A DNA stretch of 12,202 bases from Abditibacteriaceae bacterium (GTDB lineage Bacteria > Armatimonadota > Abditibacteriia > Abditibacteriales > Abditibacteriaceae): the NCBI GenBank assembly GCA_031372065.1, contig JANMKN010000030.1, positions 1-12,202 on the forward strand, read 5' to 3'. The notes beneath the pieces are model-generated. The model searched no databases. It was not told the DNA's origin and saw only the letters and a list, made by a program, of their open reading frames with translations. Of this stretch, positions 7,340 through 12,202 are shown piece after piece; the stretch's first letter is position 1; each line of letters begins with the position of its first letter. The translations under genes and the position numbers were made by a program.

Positions 7340-8492
7340 ATCTCTTCGTCTGCCAATGCTTGTCCGCGAAATCCATATAACGCGCCCAATCGTATTCGGT
7401 TAAATCGTGCTTGCCATTGCGAATGTGATGGCCGATGGCGCCTTCGTGCAAAGGCGTTTCGACTGGCGGCAATTCGCCGCTCAAACCCTTCAACCCCCAT
7501 AATTCGTAAACCGGCGTCGCGGCGACAGCGGATTTAAATTCGGCTTCGGGGTCGGCCCACGCATCGTCGCTGGCGCTGGCGATGTAAAGCAAGCGCGGCG
7601 CGATAAGCGCCAACAATTCGTGCTGGTCAAGCGGCAATTCGTTTTCGCGCTCGTTGAATTTCTTGTAGTTTTCGTTGAACCAGTGCGGGAAATTTTGGTT
7701 GATATTGCTGATGTGTTCGCCGACTTTGCCGCGCGCTAAAGCCGCGCCCGATGCGCCGGAATCGTTGCTGACTACAAGCGCAAATCGTTCGTCTTCAGCA
7801 CCCGCCCACAACGCCGTTTTGCCGCCACGCGAATGACCAACAAGCGCCACATGGGAGGCATCAATAGCGGCATCGGTTTCTAAATAATCCATCACACGCG
7901 AAGCGCCCCACGCCCACGCCGCAATGGTGCCCCACGCATCAGCGGGGCGCGGTTTATGCGGGTCATCGAAAATTCCGTGCACGCCGTCTTTGAAATTATC
8001 GAATTTATCGGGGTCAAGGTCAGAATTTAAAAACGCTGCCGCCGCATAACCGCGTTCTATTAATTGTTCAGCGGGCCAAAACGGGCTTTTCTTTTCGCGA
8101 GCCGCATCAATTTGGTCAGCGCCGCGATTGTCAATCAGCACAAAACATGGCGCGGGTTTTACGGCGTTTGGCACAAAAAGAATCAAATTTATCGCGCCCG
8201 CGCCGCCCGGCCCAGAATAAGAAATCTTCACCAATTTGCGCGTCGCTTTGCCATCCATCATATTCGGCGTCACTTGCGTTTCAAATTTCAAATCGGCGGG
8301 TCGTCCAAGGGGCGCGCGGCCATAAATGTTGGCGCGAAACAGTTCCAGAACTTCGCCGCGCCGCGTGGTTTTCCATTGCGCGGCGGTTGTCACTTTCGTG
8401 CCATCGGGTCGCGTCAAAGGGTCGGGCAACTGCACAGGCTGGCCGTGCAAAACAATGTTGGTCATCAGGATTCCTATCGCTGCAAAAAACAT
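7338..8492 (-). CDS. Carbohydrate esterase family 15-like (glucuronoyl esterase-type) alpha/beta hydrolase
   Basis: LPDPL...W...RRGE, WGTIAAWAWGASRVMDYL, nucleophile motif GHSRGGK, SGASG...E, DQHELLALIAPR, DDAWADP, GKHDLT. Start placed at ATG 8492 (AAGGA upstream) rather than GTG 8516; short hydrophobic N-terminus may be a signal peptide. Confidence 0.88.
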   Translation of the reverse strand: MFFAAIGILMTNIVLHGQPVQLPDPLTRPDGTKVTTAAQWKTTRRGEVLELFRANIYGRAPLGRPADLKFETQVTPNMMDGKATRKLVKISYSGPGGAGAINLILFVPNAVKPAPCFVLIDNRGADQIDAAREKKSPFWPAEQLIERGYAAAAFLNSDLDPDKFDNFKDGVHGIFDDPHKPRPADAWGTIAAWAWGASRVMDYLETDAAIDASHVALVGHSRGGKTALWAGAEDERFALVVSNDSGASGAALARGKVGEHISNINQNFPHWFNENYKKFNERENELPLDQHELLALIAPRLLYIASASDDAWADPEAEFKSAVAATPVYELWGLKGLSGELPPVETPLHEGAIGHHIRNGKHDLTEYDWARYMDFADKHWQTKR

Positions 8493-8528
8493 ATTTTCCT
8501 TCGACAAAGCGGGCACTCAAAGTGGCAC

Positions 8529-8574
8529 ATTATAATCTACGGCATTCGCTCTTGCGGGCGCAGTTTGCCATAAT
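8529..8574. promoter_or_regulatory. Candidate divergent promoter elements
   Basis: Palindromic ATTATAAT (8529-8536) gives TATAAT on both strands; extended -10-like TGCCATAAT (8566-8574) on +. No good -35 found. Confidence 0.4.
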
Positions 8575-8617
8575 TGCTACATCATTCGTAAAATATGGCG
8601 CAGACAGGACAAGGCTT

Positions 8618-10675
8618 ATGAACAGCAAACAAGTATCGCAAATGCCTGAGCGAATTGGTTTGGACAATTATTTAACAGAGCCGACGCAGCCGCTGCCAGT
8701 TGAGTTGACCCGCCAGCGTCCGACTGGCGTTTGGGCGTTTATCGTGCGCCAATGGATTTTGCTGTTGCCGCTGGCAACGGCTATCGTTGGCAGCGCCATC
8801 CTGCAAAACACTTTTGTTGATGAGCATTCGGAACTTCTACCGGCGGTTTTCTTCGCGGCAGCGCTACTCATAACCGCTGCCATGATGCATCAGCGGCGAA
8901 TGTATCAAACCAACTTAAATTTGGTCGAGCGCTTGGTTATCAACGAGCGCCTGACGCATTTGCATCGCTTGTCGCTGTCGCTCAATCAATCCTTAGATGC
9001 CGAACAGGTCGTGCAAGCGATTTTAGATCATGCGCGCACCTCACTTTCCGCCGAAGCCGCCGCCTTCTGGCTGCGCGGCGATTTTGTGCCTTCGAATTTG
9101 CTGGTGCAAGAGCAACGCAACCAACCGGTGCCAGTTATCGCGCTGCCTGACGAACTGCCCGATGTGGACGACAACAGCGATAACGAGTCGTCTTTGCGCT
9201 CGCAGTGGCGCCAGATGTCCGCTACAGGATTTACTACAGAAATCCAGCACCGCCTGCTTGAAAAATGGGGCGAATCGGTGTCGCGTGGCGAGTGCCTTGA
9301 TGCCACGCGCCACCATCGCATCGAATATGGCGTGGCCGATGACCCCATTATGAGCAGCTTGCTGGGCGAAAGCGGCTCGGCAGTTTCGATGCTCATGCTG
9401 TGGGACAGCGAAGTCGTGGGCGTTTTGCTGCTGGCCGCATGGCAAAAACGCCTCAGCGCCGATGAAGTGATGCTGTTGGATGCCATCAATTTCACAGCGG
9501 CGCCCGCCTTGCAAAACGCGCGTCTTTATGATGATGCGCAGCGTCGCGCTGACCGCGATAGCGTGACCGGCCTTTATAATCACCGCTCCATTCAACAGCA
9601 ATTGAATAATGCGCTGGCGCGCAGCAAGCGCAATGGCACCTCGCTTGGCGTGGTGATGATGGACCTCAATAATTTCAAGTTTTTCAACGACACTTATGGC
9701 CACATTGTCGGCGACGATGTGCTGCGCATGGTTGGCAGTTGTCTCACCGAGGTCTTTCGCGCCAGCGATGTGCTGGGGCGCTTTGGCGGCGACGAATTCA
9801 TCGCTGTGCTGCCCGATAACGGCGCCGAAGATACGGCCCGCGCTTGTCGGCGCATCGCGGCCAACTTAGGAAAGTTATATTACGAAGCCAGCGACGGCAT
9901 GAAAATCCCCATCGGAATGTCGTTTGGCTGGGCGATTTTCCCACAGGATGCCAAAAATTCTTTAGATTTGGTCAGTAAAGCCGACGCCATGCTTTACGAA
10001 CACAAGCACGGCGGAATGGCAATCAGCGAAGAAGATCAAGACCTTGTTTATGTCGCCCGCGCACAAGCGCGCGACGAGTTTCGTAAGACCAAAGAAGCCA
10101 CCGGCAGCGGCTCGTTTGGCGTCTTGGACGCCCTTGTGACCTCCATAGACAACAAAGATCGTTACACGCGCCGCCATTCGGAAGAAGTAGCCGGTTTAGC
10201 GTTGCGCATCGCGCAAGAAATGGGCTATTCCGACGAAGAAATCAGCACCGTTTGTATCAGCGGTCTTTTGCACGATGTCGGTAAAATTGCGATTCCCGAT
10301 TCGGTTTTGCGTCACCCCGGCAAGCTCAACGCCGAGGAAAACAAAGTGATGCAGCAACACGCGGTCTTTGGCGCGCTGATTGTCAAAGATGTGCCCCATC
10401 ACGAAACCGTGTTGGATGGCGTGCGCCATCACCACGAAAAATGGGACGGCACCGGCTATCCCGATGGCTTGGCGGGCGAAAAAATTCCTCAAATGGGCCG
10501 CCTTTTGGCTGTTCCCGACGCGTATTCGGCGATGATTACTGACCGGCCTTATCGCAAAGGTTTCACGCCCGAAGCCGCGCTCGCCCAAATCGAAGAAGGC
10601 AAAGGCACGCAGTTCGACCCCACCATCGCCGACGCCTTCATCCGCGTTATGACGCGCAGCCTTCAACAAGCGTAA
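8618..10675 (+). CDS. Membrane-anchored GAF-GGDEF-HD-GYP c-di-GMP signalling protein
   Basis: Two hydrophobic segments; GAF-like region ending ALQNARLY; D.VTGLYN, DLNNFKFFNDTYGHIVGD, I-site RASD, RFGGDEF; then HSEEV, LLHDVGK, HHEKWDGTGYPDGL, DRPYR. Start placed at ATG 8618 (AGGA/AAGG upstream); 8147 would overlap the opposite-strand esterase. Confidence 0.93.
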   Translation: MNSKQVSQMPERIGLDNYLTEPTQPLPVELTRQRPTGVWAFIVRQWILLLPLATAIVGSAILQNTFVDEHSELLPAVFFAAALLITAAMMHQRRMYQTNLNLVERLVINERLTHLHRLSLSLNQSLDAEQVVQAILDHARTSLSAEAAAFWLRGDFVPSNLLVQEQRNQPVPVIALPDELPDVDDNSDNESSLRSQWRQMSATGFTTEIQHRLLEKWGESVSRGECLDATRHHRIEYGVADDPIMSSLLGESGSAVSMLMLWDSEVVGVLLLAAWQKRLSADEVMLLDAINFTAAPALQNARLYDDAQRRADRDSVTGLYNHRSIQQQLNNALARSKRNGTSLGVVMMDLNNFKFFNDTYGHIVGDDVLRMVGSCLTEVFRASDVLGRFGGDEFIAVLPDNGAEDTARACRRIAANLGKLYYEASDGMKIPIGMSFGWAIFPQDAKNSLDLVSKADAMLYEHKHGGMAISEEDQDLVYVARAQARDEFRKTKEATGSGSFGVLDALVTSIDNKDRYTRRHSEEVAGLALRIAQEMGYSDEEISTVCISGLLHDVGKIAIPDSVLRHPGKLNAEENKVMQQHAVFGALIVKDVPHHETVLDGVRHHHEKWDGTGYPDGLAGEKIPQMGRLLAVPDAYSAMITDRPYRKGFTPEAALAQIEEGKGTQFDPTIADAFIRVMTRSLQQA

Positions 10676-10908
10676 GCCACGTTAGGAAACACGTCCGCTC
10701 CGCTACATCTATACAGAAACCGCCTTCGGCCCCGCCCCTTCGACGTAAAAAAGCCCTTTTTGGCCCCTTGCACCGGCGGCAAGACTTCTACAGCCAGCCC
10801 GCCGTCAGCGGGCGCTCGCCCAAGGGTAGGAGGCATTGCGCTCTGAAAATCCTTAACTCCATGCCGTTAGCCCAGTCATACCCTTGTAAAAAACCTTGTT
10901 GAGCAAGC

Positions 10909-11076
10909 CAATCCATGCCCCGAAATCGTAAAATCGGGCCGGGAAACTCAGAAATCGGTTCAGGAAACTCAAAAGTCGGGTGCCCGATTTTCAAAATTGG
11001 GTCGGGAAATCGTAAAATCGGGTGCCCGACTTTGAAAATCGGGGCGGGAGACTATAAAATCGGGCCGCGCGGTGCG
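10909..11076. repeat. Second degenerate tandem array of 21-bp units (7 clear and 1 partial), core AAAATCGGG
   Basis: AAAATCGGG-like core at 10930, 10951, 10972, 10993, 11014, 11035 and 11056; no indels; partial unit at 10909. Confidence 0.93.
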
Positions 11077-11132
11077 AGAAAACCTCCGACGCTGCGGTTC
11101 GAGGCCTTGAACCTGTTCTTTGCCGCTTTTTG

Positions 11133-11199
11133 TATAATGCCTGTTCCGCGCCTGCGCCCGAAATGCGCTTTTCGGGTGAGGAATGTCCTGCGGAAAGGA
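11133..11199 (+). promoter_or_regulatory. Perfect -10 box followed by a structured 5' leader and RBS of the RNA ligase gene
   Basis: TATAAT 11133-11138; pairings TTCCGC/GCGGAA (11144-11149/11190-11195) and CGCCCGAAA/TTTCGGGTG (11155-11163/11170-11178); AAGGA 11195-11199. Confidence 0.55.
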
Positions 11200-11203
11200 T
11201 GAT

Positions 11204-12202
11204 ATGGAAAGGAAATTAGCCAGCATTCAACGCGTTTTGGCGATTGAACCAATCGTCAACGCCGATGCCATCGAACTCGCGCGCATCAACGGTTGGCAGT
11301 GTGTTGTAAAAAAAGGCGAGTTCGCGCCCGGCGATTTGGGCGTGTTTTTGGAAATTGATAGCATCCCGCCGGATACCGATGTGTTCCGGTTTTTGTGGCT
11401 GCCAAAGTCCGGCGAACAAATCGAACGCCCGTCGCGGTTTCGCATTCGCACCATGAAACTGCGCGGCGCTTTGTCGCAAGGTCTGCTGTTGCCGCTGCCC
11501 TCTTTAGCGCTGGAAAACGCGCACGAAGGCGACGACGTGACAGAACTTTTGGGCGTCGAAAAATATGAGCCGCCTGCGCCACAAGGCATGGGCGATTTTC
11601 GCGCACAGTTTCCCGGTTTCATCCCGAAAACCGATGAAATACGCGTGCAAAGCGTGCCCGAAGTTTTGGGCGAACTGCGCGGTTTGCCGTATGTCGCCAC
11701 GTTGAAATATGATGGCACCTCGTCTACATTCGTGTTCGACCCGCGCCGCGATGAATTTCACGCTTGTGGCCGCAATTTTTCGTTGCAAGACGGCGAGAAT
11801 TTCTACTGGCGCGCGGCGCGCAAATACAATCTCGAAGAAATTCTGCGCGCTGCGCCGCATCTTGCCGTTCAAGGCGAATTATGCGGCCCCGGCATTCAAA
11901 AGAATCGCTTGAATTTGAAAGAAGTCTCGCTTTTCGTCTTCAACGTTTACGATTTCCAAAACGCGCGCTATTTCTCGCACGACGAAGCGCGAGAGTGGCT
12001 GGCCGCTAACGCTTTAACAGCGGTTGAAATAGCCGAAGAAGGCGTTTCGTTTTTGCACACGCAGGAATCGCTGTTGACACTCGCCGAAGGCAAATATCCG
12101 AACACGCAAAATGAACGCGAAGGCATCGTCATTCGCCCGCGCGCAGAAACTTTCAGCCCGACTTTGGGCGGACGCTTATCGTTTAAAGCCATCAGCAACC
12201 GT
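11204..12202 (+). CDS. RNA ligase (ATP), DRB0094 family; runs off the window end
   Basis: Own translation from ATG 11204: MERKLASIQRVLAIEPIVNADAIELARINGWQCVVKKGEF.PGDLGVFLEIDS...KLRGALSQGLLLP...FPGFIPKTDEIRVQ; motif I TLKYDGTS (Lys codon 11705), GRN, QGELCGPGIQKN, FVFNVYD, EREGIVIR, SFKAISN. Absent from the ORF track because no stop lies in the window. Confidence 0.93.
   Translation, partial: MERKLASIQRVLAIEPIVNADAIELARINGWQCVVKKGEFAPGDLGVFLEIDSIPPDTDVFRFLWLPKSGEQIERPSRFRIRTMKLRGALSQGLLLPLPSLALENAHEGDDVTELLGVEKYEPPAPQGMGDFRAQFPGFIPKTDEIRVQSVPEVLGELRGLPYVATLKYDGTSSTFVFDPRRDEFHACGRNFSLQDGENFYWRAARKYNLEEILRAAPHLAVQGELCGPGIQKNRLNLKEVSLFVFNVYDFQNARYFSHDEAREWLAANALTAVEIAEEGVSFLHTQESLLTLAEGKYPNTQNEREGIVIRPRAETFSPTLGGRLSFKAISNR

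Noticed and set aside
8147..8617. N-terminal extension of the 842-aa ORF
   Set aside because: Antisense to the CE15-like gene with non-protein-like composition; ATG 8618 has an RBS.
10747..10761. Terminator after the GGDEF/HD-GYP gene (AAAAAAGCCCTTTTT)
   Set aside because: No GC stem with an adequate loop.
10909..11076. CRISPR array suggested by palindromic units
   Set aside because: No unique spacers; only two units are palindromic; the period is 21 bp.
11107..11112. TTGAAC as the -35 of the ligase promoter
   Set aside because: Spacing to TATAAT is 20 bp, outside the usual 16-18.
11216..12198. Several track ORFs on both strands
   Set aside because: They are shadows of the + strand RNA ligase frame.

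Overview
Bacterial chromosomal window with mostly + strand genes and no transposase, integrase, rRNA, tRNA or CRISPR. The prepilin-like N-terminus '[25 protein letters not shown]' suggests an Armatimonadota/Abditibacteriota-type organism (inference). Gene order: a 5'-truncated GTP-type PEP carboxykinase homologue with many active-site substitutions, coupled by a TAATG overlap to a creatininase-family gene; an atypical response regulator with a C-terminal Zn ribbon; a DUF1559/H-X9-DG prepilin-like protein; a strong hairpin; an MBL-fold hydrolase; a 94-aa hypothetical gene; a 21-bp tandem array; a secreted DUF6263-like protein; a cupin; a CE15-like esterase (- strand); a TM-GAF-GGDEF-HD-GYP protein; a second, unrelated 21-bp array; a structured leader; and a 3'-truncated DRB0094-family RNA ligase that the ORF track misses. 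The most notable items are the two independent 21-bp arrays, the array + structured leader + RNA ligase arrangement, the degenerate PEPCK and the receiver/Zn-ribbon regulator. All motif comparisons were made by eye from recalled consensus, without database searches.
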